A stretch of 64,000 nt of DNA, taken from the NCBI GenBank assembly GCA_016699615.1, contig CP064984.1, forward strand, positions 2,383,855-2,447,854. The letters run 5' to 3'. Position numbers and translations under genes: made by a program. The notes under the pieces were generated by a model. The model searched no databases, was not told the origin of the DNA, and saw only the letters and a program-made list of their open reading frames with translations. The stretch is from Sphingobacteriales bacterium. Its GTDB lineage: Bacteria > Bacteroidota > Bacteroidia > Chitinophagales > JADIYW01. This document shows positions 21,676 to 32,401 of the stretch, piece after piece (position 1 is the first letter of the stretch; the number at the start of each line of letters is the position of its first letter).

Positions 21676-24131
21676 TTAATTGGCTAAATAATTGCCTAAA
21701 CTAATTATTTCTGCAAATACGCCAGCTGCAGTTACTTCTGCTCCAGCACCTGGTCCTTTTACTACTAATGGGTTGTTTTTATATCTATCTGTTGTAAATA
21801 CTATCATGTTGTCACTACCATTCAAATTGTAAAATGGATGTTGAGTATCTACTTCTTTTAGAGCAATTTCTACTTTGTTGTTTTCAATAATTGCCATGTA
21901 TCTAAGCACTTTGTCTTTTTTCTCAGCTTTAGATTTTAGTTTTTCATACAATTCATCTAACTCTGTTAGTTTTTGCATAAAACTCTTTAAATCTAAACTT
22001 CTTAATTCTTTTGGTACTAAATTTTCTACTTTAATTTGTTCAAGCTCCAATTGGCTACCACATTCTCTTGAAAGTATAAGTGCTTTTCTTGCAACATCCA
22101 ATCCACTCAAATCATCTCTTGGATCTGGTTCTGTAAATCCTTTTTCTTTTATACAATGTTAGAAAATAATGCATCACCTTTATAATTATTAAAAATATAA
22201 GAAAGTGTGCCAGAAAGTACAGCTTCAATTTTTAGAATTCTATCGCCAGAGTTTAATAGTGCATGTAATGTATTGATGATTGGTAAGCCAGCACCAACAT
22301 TGGTTTCATACATAAATCTTGAGTTCGATTTTTTTGCTGTTTCTCTCAATGCAACATATTTTGCATAAGAAAGTGTATTTGCAATTTTATTTGGCGTTAC
22401 AATAGATATGCTTTTCTTTAATATTTTTTCGTAATGTTCTACATAAGCTTTGTTTGATGAGCAATCTACTAAAATTGAATTTGCAAAGTTTAATTCAATT
22501 ATTCTATTGATAAATGTATTTGTATTTGCGTCTTCTTTTTGTTCTTCAATCGTTGCTTGTATATTATTTATGTTGATGCCATTGCTATCAATAACCATTT
22601 GTTTAGAATTGATGATTCCAATCAAATTAATTTTTACATTTTTCTCTTTTTCTAAGTATTGTTGTTGTTGGTGTAATTGTTTTATCAATGTACTTCCAAT
22701 TAGTCCTGTGTAGCCAACTAAGAAAATATTGATTGATTGTTTGTCTTGAATAAAAAAGATTTCGTGCAGTGCGTTTAATGCTTTTGCTTCATTGTATCTA
22801 TCGATTACAGCAGTGATATTTAATTCTGATGAACCTTGTGCAATTGCTTTAACATTGATGCCATTTTTTCCTAATGCTTTAAACATTTTTGCAGAAACGC
22901 CTGGTACACTGTTCATGTTTTCGCCAATTACTGCAATAATTGTTTTATCTAATTCTATTACTAATGGTTGTATATATTTATTTTGAATTTCATATTTGAA
23001 TTCTTCTTCAACAGCTTTTTGGCATTTTTTTACATCATTTGGTAGTACACCAAAGCAAATCGAATGTTCTGATGAGCCTTGTGTAAGGAAAATTATATTT
23101 ACACCAGCTCTTGAAAATGCACCAAATAATCTTGATGCTATTCCAATCACACCTACCATTCCTGTACCTTCCATTCTTAATAATGCAATGTCAGAAATAG
23201 ATGAAATGCCTTTGATAATATTGCTTGACTTGCCTGTGTTTTTAGAAATATACGTGCCTGGGTGTTCTGGATTAAAAGTATTTTTAATAATAATAGGAAT
23301 GCCTTTTACATAAGCTGGTTGAATTGTAGGTGGATAAATTACCTTAGCACCAAAGTGTGATAATTCCATAGCTTCTTTATAACTTAAAGTAGGAATAGTA
23401 AGTGCCTGCTCAACTCTTCTTGGGTCTGCTGTAAGTACACCATTTACATCTGTCCAAATTTCTATTGAATCTACTTTTAGTGCTGCACCAAAAATTGCTG
23501 CAGTATAGTCTGAGCCACCTCTGCCTAACGTTGTAATGTTATCATGCTCATCTGTGCCAATAAAACCTGTGACAACAGCAGTGCCGTGTATATTGTCAAA
23601 ATATTCAATGATATTTTTATTAGTTCTATCGAAATTTACTTTTGCAGATAAATAATTGCTGTCAGTTTTTATTAATTGCGTAGCATTTACATAAATACCT
23701 TTTAATCCAACTTCTTTCAATGCACCAGCAATGATAAAACATGATAATCTTTCTCCAAAACTCACCAGTCTTGCTAATGTTTTGTCCGACAGTTCGCCTA
23801 ATAAATGTATGCCACCAAGTATGTTTTCTACTCTTTGTAAGCCTTCTTCTAGTTCTTCTACTAATGCTGGTTTTATTGTTTTTTTAGTAATTAAAGCATG
23901 AATAGCATCTAGATGTCTTGCTTTAATGTTTTCTAATATTTCAGTATAAGTATTGTCTCTCTTTTCTGCTAATTTTCCAGCATTAATGAGTTGGTCTGTT
24001 ATTTTGGTAAAAGCAGAACATACAAGTACAACTTCGTTGCCTTGTTTTTTCTCTTTTTTTATGATTTCAATAATTTTTCTGATGTTTTCTACAGAACCTA
24101 CAGACGTTCCTCCAAACTTTAGTATCTTCAT
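21676..24131 (-). pseudogene. thrA: Bifunctional aspartokinase / homoserine dehydrogenase, split by a frameshift near 22141-22153
   Basis: MKILKFGGTSVG aspartokinase N-terminus, ACT region, homoserine dehydrogenase domain. The alternate frame reads ..KEKGFTEPDPRDDLSGLDVARKA, bridging ORFs 22149-24131 and 21676-22110. Confidence 0.85.
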
Positions 24132-24169
24132 AAATATTTTAACTTAATTTGCTTAAATTTGCGTTACTT

Positions 24170-24177
24170 CAAAAGTA
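24170..24177 (-). promoter_or_regulatory. Candidate -7 box (TACTTTTG on the minus strand) upstream of thrA
   Basis: Matches TAnnTTTG about 40 nt upstream of the thrA ATG. Confidence 0.25.
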
Positions 24178-24235
24178 ATAAATAGAATGCTAATATTTAT
24201 GCATACCTTAGTGAATTAAATTAATTTAAAATTAA

Positions 24236-24997
24236 ATGTTGAGGTTTTTATATACTTTATACAGTATTTGGCTTGCGGTCTCATTTTTTTTAATGACACC
24301 ATTCATGTTGCTTTTTTTTATTTTATGTAAAATATTTGTGCCATACAAACATCAAATAAAAGTAGTGTACTATATTAATCGTACTTTTTTCTTTTTTTGG
24401 TCTGCATTTACAGCAATTAGATACAAAATAAAAGGAATAGAATATGTTGATAAAAAACAGACGTACATATGTGTATTAAATCATACAAATTCTGCTGATA
24501 TGATAGCTGCTGCGTATGGTGGCAGAGTGTATGCAAAGCCATTAATCAAAAGAGAATTAACATTGATACCATTTTTAGGTCAAATCTTCAAATTAAGTTG
24601 TATCGCTGTAGATAGAAGCAGCTCTGAAGCAAGAAAACAGAGTAAAGAAAATATGTTAAGTGATTTAAATAAAGGAATTTCTATGCTTATTTTTCCCGAA
24701 GGAACTAGAAATAGAACAGGCAAGCCATTGAAGGAATTTTTTGATGGTGCATTTGATATTGCTGTAAGTGCAAATTTACCAGTAATTCCTATGGTATTTA
24801 CAAATATAAAAAAAATAAATCCAAGACATGACTTGGTATTTAAGCCAGAAACTTTGGAAGTTAATCATCTAGAACCAATTTTTCCTGATGGAAACGATGA
24901 GTTGGCTGTGCAAACTTTAAAAGAAAAAACATTCAAAGCAATGTGGAATTTTTTAGTGATGCATGATGAAGGATTTAAAAATTTTGAATTAATATGA
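24236..24997 (+). CDS. plsC: 1-acyl-sn-glycerol-3-phosphate acyltransferase family (PlsC-like)
   Basis: N-terminal TM segments, the NHTNSAD (H-x4-D) box and the FPEGTR box. Confidence 0.75.
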   Translation: MLRFLYTLYSIWLAVSFFLMTPFMLLFFILCKIFVPYKHQIKVVYYINRTFFFFWSAFTAIRYKIKGIEYVDKKQTYICVLNHTNSADMIAAAYGGRVYAKPLIKRELTLIPFLGQIFKLSCIAVDRSSSEARKQSKENMLSDLNKGISMLIFPEGTRNRTGKPLKEFFDGAFDIAVSANLPVIPMVFTNIKKINPRHDLVFKPETLEVNHLEPIFPDGNDELAVQTLKEKTFKAMWNFLVMHDEGFKNFELI

Positions 24998-25683
24998 GTG
25001 TCGGAATTAGTTATTTGTCTGTTGTGCCTATACGTGCAACACCTTCAGATAAAGCTGAGTTAGTTAGTCAGCTATTATTTGGTGAAACATTTGACATTAT
25101 AGAACAGCAAGAAAAATGGACTAAGATTAGATTGCACCATGATGCATATGAAGGTTGGATTGATAATAAACAATATCAATTGGTTGATAAATTAAATAGT
25201 AATAAATTTGTTGTAGATAAAAACTTATTATATAAAAATAAAATTTATTATACAATGGGCAGTTTTGTTGATTTTGACATTAAAAAAAAGCAACAAAATT
25301 CAATTATTTCTACTGCAAAACAACTACTAAATGTTCCGTATTTGTGGGGCGGTCGTTCTATTTTTGGTATTGATTGTTCTGGATTTGTGCAGATTGTTTA
25401 TCGTGTAAATGGAATTAATTTGCCACGTGATGCCTATCAGCAAGCAGAAGTAGGTGAGTTGGTAGATATTGAAAATGCTAAAACTAATGACCTAGCATAT
25501 TTTGCCAACGATGCTGGTAAAATAATACATGTAGGTATTGTAATTAGAAATAGAAATTCGATAAAAATCATTCATGCATCAGGCAAAGTAAGAATAGATA
25601 TTTTAAACAAAAAAGGCATCTATAATGAAGAAACTAAGACGTATTCACATCAATTACATAGCATAAAAAGAATTGAGAAGTGA
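24994..25683 (+). CDS. C40 (NlpC/P60) family peptidase with N-terminal SH3-like domain
   Basis: PYLWGGRSIFGIDCSGFVQ catalytic Cys motif and a downstream ..HVGIV.. His. Confidence 0.8.
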   Translation: MSVGISYLSVVPIRATPSDKAELVSQLLFGETFDIIEQQEKWTKIRLHHDAYEGWIDNKQYQLVDKLNSNKFVVDKNLLYKNKIYYTMGSFVDFDIKKKQQNSIISTAKQLLNVPYLWGGRSIFGIDCSGFVQIVYRVNGINLPRDAYQQAEVGELVDIENAKTNDLAYFANDAGKIIHVGIVIRNRNSIKIIHASGKVRIDILNKKGIYNEETKTYSHQLHSIKRIEK

Positions 25684-28320
25684 CTATGATAAGTCAGTCA
25701 AACTTTTCTCTAAAGTATTTAATTTAGATTGTCCATCTTCTAATTTCTTTCTTTCGTTTTCTATTATTTCTGGCTTAGCATTTTGTACGAATTTTTCATT
25801 GCTTAATTTTTTCTCAATGCTTGCAATAAAACCTTTGTAATACTCAATTTCTTTTTCTATTTTTTGTTTTTCTTCTGCTGTATTTACTTGAATTCCTGTA
25901 ATGATGTATAATTTGTCTTTGTCAATAAGTTGTGATACACTATTGGCAACTTCTGATGATGTGAATTGTATTGGATTGATGTTTGCCAGTTTTACTAATG
26001 CTGCTTCATATTCTTTGTAGAATGATGCGTCTTCGCATTGTACTTGTACATCTATCACATGTTTTGGCGATAGTCCATTTCTATTTCTTACGTCTCTGAT
26101 TGCTGCAATAAATTGCTTTGCTTTTTCGCCTTTCGCTATTTCTTTTTCATTAATATTTCCAGCACTTGGGTATGTTGCAACAATAATATCAGTATTGTTT
26201 TCATTTAATAAATGATAGATTTCTTCAGTAACAAATGGCATAAATGGATGCATTAATTTCATTAATTGCTCAAAATATGCAATAGTTTTTTGGTATGTAT
26301 TTTTGTCTATTTTTTCGCCAAATGGTGGCTTTACATATTCCAAATACCAAGAGCAAAAATCATCCCAAATAAAACTATAAAGTGTTGTTAGTACTTCTGA
26401 TAAACGATATTGTTCGTATAGTTTATTGGTGGTTTCAATGGTTTGATTTAATTTATTTTCAAACCATGTAAATGCTGATTGATTTAGGATTTGTGAAGTA
26501 GAATGTTCATTATCTATTTCCCAACCTTTTACTAATCGCAAAGCATTCCATATTTTATTGGTGAAGTTTCTACCTTGCTCACAAGATTTTTCATCAAATA
26601 ATAAATCGTTTCCAGCAGGCGAGGAGAATAGCATTCCAGTGCGCACACCATCAGCACCATATTTGTCAATCAAATCAATTGGGTCAGGCGAGTTGCCTAA
26701 TGATTTAGACATTTTTCTGCCTTGTTTGTCACGAACAATTCCTGTTAGATATACATTTCTAAAAGGTTTCTCATTTCGGTATTCATATCCAGCAATAATC
26801 ATACGTGCAACCCAAAAGAATAAAATTTCTGGTGCAGTAACTAAATCATTAGTTGGATAATAATAATTGATATCTTTTCCGTTTGGTTCTTTAAATCCAT
26901 CGAAAACAGATATTGGCCATAGCCAAGATGAGAACCAAGTATCTAATACATCTTCATCTTGTTTTAGATTTGATGTGTTTGAATTCGGATTTTTTTCTAA
27001 ATATATTTTTAATGCTTCATCATGTGTTTTTGCTACTACATGGTTTCCTTTATCATCATACCAAGCAGGAATTTGATGTCCCCACCATAATTGTCTTGAG
27101 ATGCACCAATCGTGTACATTTTCCATCCAATGCTTGTATGTGTTCTTAAACTTTTCAGGCATTAATTTAATTTCATCATCCATTACTGATTTTAATGCTG
27201 GTTGTGCTAATTCTTCCATTTTCAAAAACCATTGCATAGAAAGTTTTGGTTCTATTACAGCATCTGTGCGTTCAGAATAGCCAACTTTATTTTTAATGTC
27301 TTCAATTTTAAGTAGATGATTTTTTTCTTCTAATTCGATAGCCACTTTTTTTCGCGCAGCAAATCTATCTTCGCCAATATATAATTGAGCTTTTTCACTC
27401 AAGGTGCCATCGTCATTCAATATATCAATTACTTCAAGATTGTGTTTTATACCAAGATTATAATCATTAATATCATGTGCTGGTGTTACTTTTAATGCAC
27501 CTGTTCCAAATTCAATATCAATGTAATCATCAAAAATAACTGGAATTATTTTGTTGAGTAATGGTAGAATTGCCTTTTTTTCTTTTAAGTGTTTGTATCT
27601 TTCATCATCTGGATGTACACAAACTGCAGTATCACCAAATAACGTTTCTGGTCTTGTTGTGGCAACAGTGATATATTCATCAGTTGCTTGATTGTTTTCA
27701 TCAGCGATGAAATATTTAATGTAATATAATTTGGAGTTAACTTCTTTATGAATTACTTCTTCATCAGAAACAGCAGTTTTGCCTTTTGGATCCCAATTGA
27801 CCATACGTACACCACGATATATTTTTCCTTTATTGTATAAATCAATAAAAACTTCTATCACTGCATCACTCAATGAATCATCCATAGTGAATTTTGTGCG
27901 TTCCCAGTCGCATGATGCACCAAGTTTTTCTAGTTGTTTCAGGATAATTCCACCATATTTGCTTTTCCATTCCCAAGCATGTTCTAAAAACTCTTTTCTA
28001 CTTAAATCTTTTTTTTCAATTCCTTTTTCTTTTAGTAATGCAACTACCTTTGCTTCTGTTGCAATAGATGCGTGGTCTGTGCCTGGAACCCAACATGCGT
28101 TTTTTCCTTGCATGCGCGCACGTCTAATCAATACATCTTGTATAGTATTGTTGAGCATGTGTCCCATGTGCAAAACGCCTGTTACGTTTGGTGGTGGAAT
28201 TACAATTGTATATGGTTCTCTCTCGTCTGGCTCAGAATGAAAATATCCTTTTTCCATCCAGTGTTTGTACCATTTTTGCTCTATCTCGTTTTGGTTTATA
28301 TTTTTAGGTAGTTCCATCAT
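25684..28320 (-). CDS. valS: Valine--tRNA ligase
   Basis: 878 aa with PPPNVTGVLHMGH (HIGH), KMSKSLGN (KMSKS) and a C-terminal coiled coil. Confidence 0.93.
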   Translation of the reverse strand: MMELPKNINQNEIEQKWYKHWMEKGYFHSEPDEREPYTIVIPPPNVTGVLHMGHMLNNTIQDVLIRRARMQGKNACWVPGTDHASIATEAKVVALLKEKGIEKKDLSRKEFLEHAWEWKSKYGGIILKQLEKLGASCDWERTKFTMDDSLSDAVIEVFIDLYNKGKIYRGVRMVNWDPKGKTAVSDEEVIHKEVNSKLYYIKYFIADENNQATDEYITVATTRPETLFGDTAVCVHPDDERYKHLKEKKAILPLLNKIIPVIFDDYIDIEFGTGALKVTPAHDINDYNLGIKHNLEVIDILNDDGTLSEKAQLYIGEDRFAARKKVAIELEEKNHLLKIEDIKNKVGYSERTDAVIEPKLSMQWFLKMEELAQPALKSVMDDEIKLMPEKFKNTYKHWMENVHDWCISRQLWWGHQIPAWYDDKGNHVVAKTHDEALKIYLEKNPNSNTSNLKQDEDVLDTWFSSWLWPISVFDGFKEPNGKDINYYYPTNDLVTAPEILFFWVARMIIAGYEYRNEKPFRNVYLTGIVRDKQGRKMSKSLGNSPDPIDLIDKYGADGVRTGMLFSSPAGNDLLFDEKSCEQGRNFTNKIWNALRLVKGWEIDNEHSTSQILNQSAFTWFENKLNQTIETTNKLYEQYRLSEVLTTLYSFIWDDFCSWYLEYVKPPFGEKIDKNTYQKTIAYFEQLMKLMHPFMPFVTEEIYHLLNENNTDIIVATYPSAGNINEKEIAKGEKAKQFIAAIRDVRNRNGLSPKHVIDVQVQCEDASFYKEYEAALVKLANINPIQFTSSEVANSVSQLIDKDKLYIITGIQVNTAEEKQKIEKEIEYYKGFIASIEKKLSNEKFVQNAKPEIIENERKKLEDGQSKLNTLEKSLTDLS

Positions 28321-28435
28321 CTGAATTAAAGTTGCAATTTATATAAAAATGCAAATTTAATCATTTAGATTACTAATGAAAATTCTAATTTAAAATGAAA
28401 TGTTTTGATAATGTATGTGTTCTAATTTATGAGAT

Positions 28436-29341
28436 TTAGTTTGTGCTTATTGGCGTTACTGTAAAGCCTTTGTTTTGTAATAGTTTTATTAAACCATTTT
28501 TGCCTGCAAGATGACCAGCGCCAACAGCAAAAAAACTTGTTTTTTTGCTTGCAATTTGTTCAATTTTTGCTATCCATTTTTCGTTTCTATCGTCTAATAA
28601 TATTATCTTATAAATGCTCATATCGCCAGTAAAATTATTTTCAAATTGCTCGTTTAAATAATTTAAATCTTGTTTTTTATAAGCTTGAACCATTTCATTA
28701 TACTGTGTGATTTGTTCATCGTAGTTGTGTAGGTTTTTTACTAAGTTTTGATATTGTAATTTTAGCGGAATACTATCGATAATTGCTAATTGTTCTTCAA
28801 ATTTTTCCAATCCAATTTTTCCAATATTATTTTCGGATGCTAAATCATTTAATTCATTTTCGTAAACTTTTTTATTTTCTCCAATGATGCTTAATAAGAT
28901 AAATTGTTCTACATAAAATGGTTTAAGCTTTGTGTATACATTTTCAAAAATTGCTTTGCTCATGCCAAATTTTTCAATTAAAAATTCTTCTAAATCATTG
29001 TATTCTTTATCAGAAATAAAGTCCTTGATGTTTTTGTCTTCTGGTAATAAACTTAATTCTGTTAGTTTTGCTTCATTTATCTCAGTCAAGTCTAGTTCCA
29101 TAACTAATTGCTCACATGCTTTAAGTTTTTTTATGGTATTCTTCCCAATAAAAAAATCATCATATGGTATTGCATGGATAGTGCCAAATAGATATGATGG
29201 TGCTTTAAGATTATTGCCTGATATTTCCCACAGAATAGAATTTTGATTAGGTAAAGTTGTTTTGTTACTTTTTTTAGATTTCTCTGTTGCAGATAAAAGT
29301 TGTATGGCAAACATCATGATAATAAAAGCATTAGATTTCAT
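28436..29341 (-). CDS. TraB/GumN family protein
   Basis: Signal peptide, LWEISGNNLKAPSYLFGTIH and C-terminal ..FFAVGAGHLAG.. motifs. Confidence 0.75.
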   Translation of the reverse strand: MKSNAFIIMMFAIQLLSATEKSKKSNKTTLPNQNSILWEISGNNLKAPSYLFGTIHAIPYDDFFIGKNTIKKLKACEQLVMELDLTEINEAKLTELSLLPEDKNIKDFISDKEYNDLEEFLIEKFGMSKAIFENVYTKLKPFYVEQFILLSIIGENKKVYENELNDLASENNIGKIGLEKFEEQLAIIDSIPLKLQYQNLVKNLHNYDEQITQYNEMVQAYKKQDLNYLNEQFENNFTGDMSIYKIILLDDRNEKWIAKIEQIASKKTSFFAVGAGHLAGKNGLIKLLQNKGFTVTPISTN

Positions 29342-29433
29342 TGTCTTTTTTTACAAATTTAATGTATTATGGAATACCAAATTATTTCTAAACATTTTTT
29401 AAGAATTTTATTTTGCTAAGTATAAATTAAGGT

Positions 29434-30012
29434 ATGATATTTGACAACTTACTTTTTATGCGAAATAGTATATTCATATTTGTTGCTTTAATTTTATTTT
29501 CTTTTACACCTACAAAAGATGAGCCATATGTTTTATGGAACAAAGAAAGAAAATTACTATGGTCAGATTTTAATGCAAAGCCAAATAATCTTGGTGCAGA
29601 AGCAGCCATGACTTCATCTTCTATAGAATTTGGCTATTCTGCAACAAACACAAAATATCAATTTCAAATTATAAGTAAGTTTTTCCCCAATCTTTCTTGG
29701 AGTATAAAGAGCAAGCAATCAAATTATATTTTACAACACGAACAGTTGCATTTTGATATTACAGAACTGTACACGAGAAAACTTATAAAAAGTATTCAGG
29801 ATAATGTAAAAACAAAAAAAGATGTAAATAAAATTAGTGTGCTTGTACAGAAAAATATGAGTGATTGGAATAAAGATCAGGATTTATATGATAAGGAAAC
29901 AAAACACAGCATCAATACTGAAAAACAAGCATATTGGAATGAATACGTTAATTCACAATTGGACTCAATGCAGAAATATACAAATTATAAGTTTGTGAAA
30001 ATTTTAAAATAA
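29434..30012 (+). CDS. DUF922 domain protein (putative zinc-dependent)
   Basis: The pattern ..KLLWSDFNAKP..AAMTSSSI.. and LQHEQLHFDITELY (HExxH-like) is typical of DUF922. Confidence 0.6.
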   Translation: MIFDNLLFMRNSIFIFVALILFSFTPTKDEPYVLWNKERKLLWSDFNAKPNNLGAEAAMTSSSIEFGYSATNTKYQFQIISKFFPNLSWSIKSKQSNYILQHEQLHFDITELYTRKLIKSIQDNVKTKKDVNKISVLVQKNMSDWNKDQDLYDKETKHSINTEKQAYWNEYVNSQLDSMQKYTNYKFVKILK

Positions 30013-30480
30013 ATTCTGTTTGCTATTAATTTCTGATTCATATCCAATATCAACTAATAGGTTATTACTATCAGCAGCAGTTGTAGCTAAAAAATCACAT
30101 CTTTCATTTTCTTTATGCTCATTGTGTCCTTTTATCCAAGTAAATTTTATTTGATGTTTTTTGTATGATGCATAAAATCTCAACCAAAGGTCTTTGTTCT
30201 TCTTTTTAGCAAAGTCAGGTTTCTTTAGCCAAGAAAATAACCAAGATTTTTCTACACTATCTACTACATATTTTGAGTCAGAAAATATTGTAATATTCTG
30301 CCCATCTTTTTTTATTGCTTCTAAGCCAATAATACATGCCAAAAGTTCCATTCTATTGTTTGTTGTTAGCCTGAAGCCTTCACTAATTTCTTTGTAATGT
30401 TGTCCTAAACGCAAAATTACACCATATCCACCTTTCCCAGGATTTCCTCTTGCGGCACCATCTGTGTAAATTTCAATCAT
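30004..30480 (-). CDS. rnhA: Ribonuclease HI
   Basis: IYTDGAARGNPG.., ..TNNRMEL.., ..IFSDSKYV.., ..W.KGH..H..NE.CD.. catalytic pattern. Confidence 0.9.
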   Translation of the reverse strand: MIEIYTDGAARGNPGKGGYGVILRLGQHYKEISEGFRLTTNNRMELLACIIGLEAIKKDGQNITIFSDSKYVVDSVEKSWLFSWLKKPDFAKKKNKDLWLRFYASYKKHQIKFTWIKGHNEHKENERCDFLATTAADSNNLLVDIGYESEINSKQNLF

Positions 30481-30519
30481 TATTTTGAGTATCTTGCAAA
30501 TCTATTCATAATTAGTAAT

Positions 30520-31151
30520 ATGACCAAGAAAGAAAAGGCATCTTTTGTTGTAGATATATTAAATCAATTATTTCCAGAAACACCAATACCATTGGATCAC
30601 AAAGATGCATACACCATGTTGATAGCTGTCTTGCTTTCAGCACAATGCACAGATGAACGCGTAAATAAAATAACACCATTGTTGTTTAAGAAAGCAGATA
30701 CACCAAAAAAATGATACAACTTTCTGTAGAAGAAATTAAAGAAATAATTAGACCATGTGGTTTGTCTCCACAAAAATCAAAAGCAATATATGAGTTGTCA
30801 AAAATTTTAGTAGAACAATATAATTCTAATGTTCCAAGTACATTTGAGGCATTAGAAGCATTGCCGGGTGTTGGACACAAAACTGCATCTGTTGTGATGA
30901 GCCAGATTTTTGGCTATCCAGCTTTTCCAGTAGATACACATATTCACAGGCTTGCTTATCGTTGGGGTTTGAGTAATGGCAAGAGCGTAACACAGACAGA
31001 AAAAGATTTAAAGCATATATTTAATGAAAATTTATGGAATAAATTACATTTGCAAATTATATATTATGGTAGAACATATTGTAAGGCAAGACAACATATA
31101 GTAGAGAATTGTGTAATGTGTAAAAATATTGGAGTTAAGAGCAGAATTTAA
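30520..31151 (+). pseudogene. nth: Endonuclease III, split by a frameshift in an A-run at ~30705-30711
   Basis: ORF 30520-30714 (..LLSAQCTDERVNKITPLLFKKADTPKK*) continues directly as MIQLSVEEIKEIIRPCGL..LPGVGHKTASVV..VDTHIHR in the next frame. Confidence 0.85.
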
Positions 31152-31195
31152 TTTTTTTTATTATCTTTATCCGAAACTAATCTTAATTTAATATT

Positions 31196-32287
31196 ATGAG
31201 TAGAAAAAAAATATTGTTATTTACTTTAGTAGTAACTTTTGTATTACAAACTCAAAATTCATTCGCACAAAAAAAGAAAAACTTTGGTGGCGATGATGCA
31301 AGTGGTCATGCTGTTGGTATATCTTTAGGGCCAGCATGGGCATTAACTGATTTAGGTGGTGCTAATAAAATTAGTACACCATTTATAAAAGATTTAGATT
31401 TCCCAGGTACAAAATTTGGATTATCTGCTTTTTATAAATATCACATAAATGAATGGGTTGCTGTTAGAGCAAATTTAATGTGGGCTATGTTGCATGGAGA
31501 TGATAGATTTATTAGTGGACCAGATGTTTATGCAGTACATAGTGATGTAAATGATGCATTTTTTAGAAAAGTAAGAAATCTAGATTTTAAAACTCATTTG
31601 TTTCAAATAAATGCTATGGCAGAAGTAAATTTGAAGAAATACGATCCAAGAGCATATGGAAAAGGAGATAAATTGAGATGGGCACCATATGTAGGTGGTG
31701 GTGTAGGAATGTTTTTCTTTAATCCATGGACTAAAACATTTGATGCAACCAATGTAGCTGATAATCCATATATTTCAACAGCTGAGGCTACAGCATTAGA
31801 AGAATATAATGGTAAAAAGATTAAACTTAGAAAATTAGCTACAGAAGGAAGTTCATATAAACCAATTAATTTTAATTTATCTGCGATGTTAGGTATTAAG
31901 TTTAATGTTTCAGAAAGAATTTCAGTAGCATTAGAAGGTTGGTATCATCAAACATTTACGGATAGATTAGATGATGTGGATGGAAATTATCCAAATTTAG
32001 ATGTATATACTGCAATGACACCATTACAAAAAGCAATGTCTGTAAGATATTATGAAATTGCTTCTGATATAGATCCAAATGGTTACTATAGTGCAAGTAT
32101 ATGGTCTGGAAATACAGGACAAGAAAGAGGCGATAATAATATTACGGATGCTAAAGGTAAAAATGACCAGTTTTTTAATATACATGCAACAGTAACTATT
32201 AACTTGTTAAGAAACAATAAAGGTAAATCATTTGGTTGTGGAAGTAGGAATCCATACAATCATAAATTTAGTTGCCCAAAATGGTAA
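31196..32287 (+). CDS. Outer-membrane beta-barrel protein (DUF6089-like), hypothetical
   Basis: Signal peptide (..NSFAQKK) and repeated amphipathic beta-strand pattern. The family assignment is from memory only. Confidence 0.45.
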   Translation: MSRKKILLFTLVVTFVLQTQNSFAQKKKNFGGDDASGHAVGISLGPAWALTDLGGANKISTPFIKDLDFPGTKFGLSAFYKYHINEWVAVRANLMWAMLHGDDRFISGPDVYAVHSDVNDAFFRKVRNLDFKTHLFQINAMAEVNLKKYDPRAYGKGDKLRWAPYVGGGVGMFFFNPWTKTFDATNVADNPYISTAEATALEEYNGKKIKLRKLATEGSSYKPINFNLSAMLGIKFNVSERISVALEGWYHQTFTDRLDDVDGNYPNLDVYTAMTPLQKAMSVRYYEIASDIDPNGYYSASIWSGNTGQERGDNNITDAKGKNDQFFNIHATVTINLLRNNKGKSFGCGSRNPYNHKFSCPKW

Positions 32288-32316
32288 TATAACTTTTAAT
32301 ATAATTTTATTGGAAA

Positions 32317-32348
32317 GGCTGTCAATTTTGACAGCCATTCTTTTTTTA
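32317..32348 (+). terminator. Rho-independent terminator
   Basis: GGCTGTCAA/TTGACAGCC stem followed by ATTCTTTTTTT. Confidence 0.7.
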
Positions 32349-32401
32349 ACAAAAGTATAGTTTCTTGCAACTCATATTGCATATATTTGAAAGAAATACT
32401 T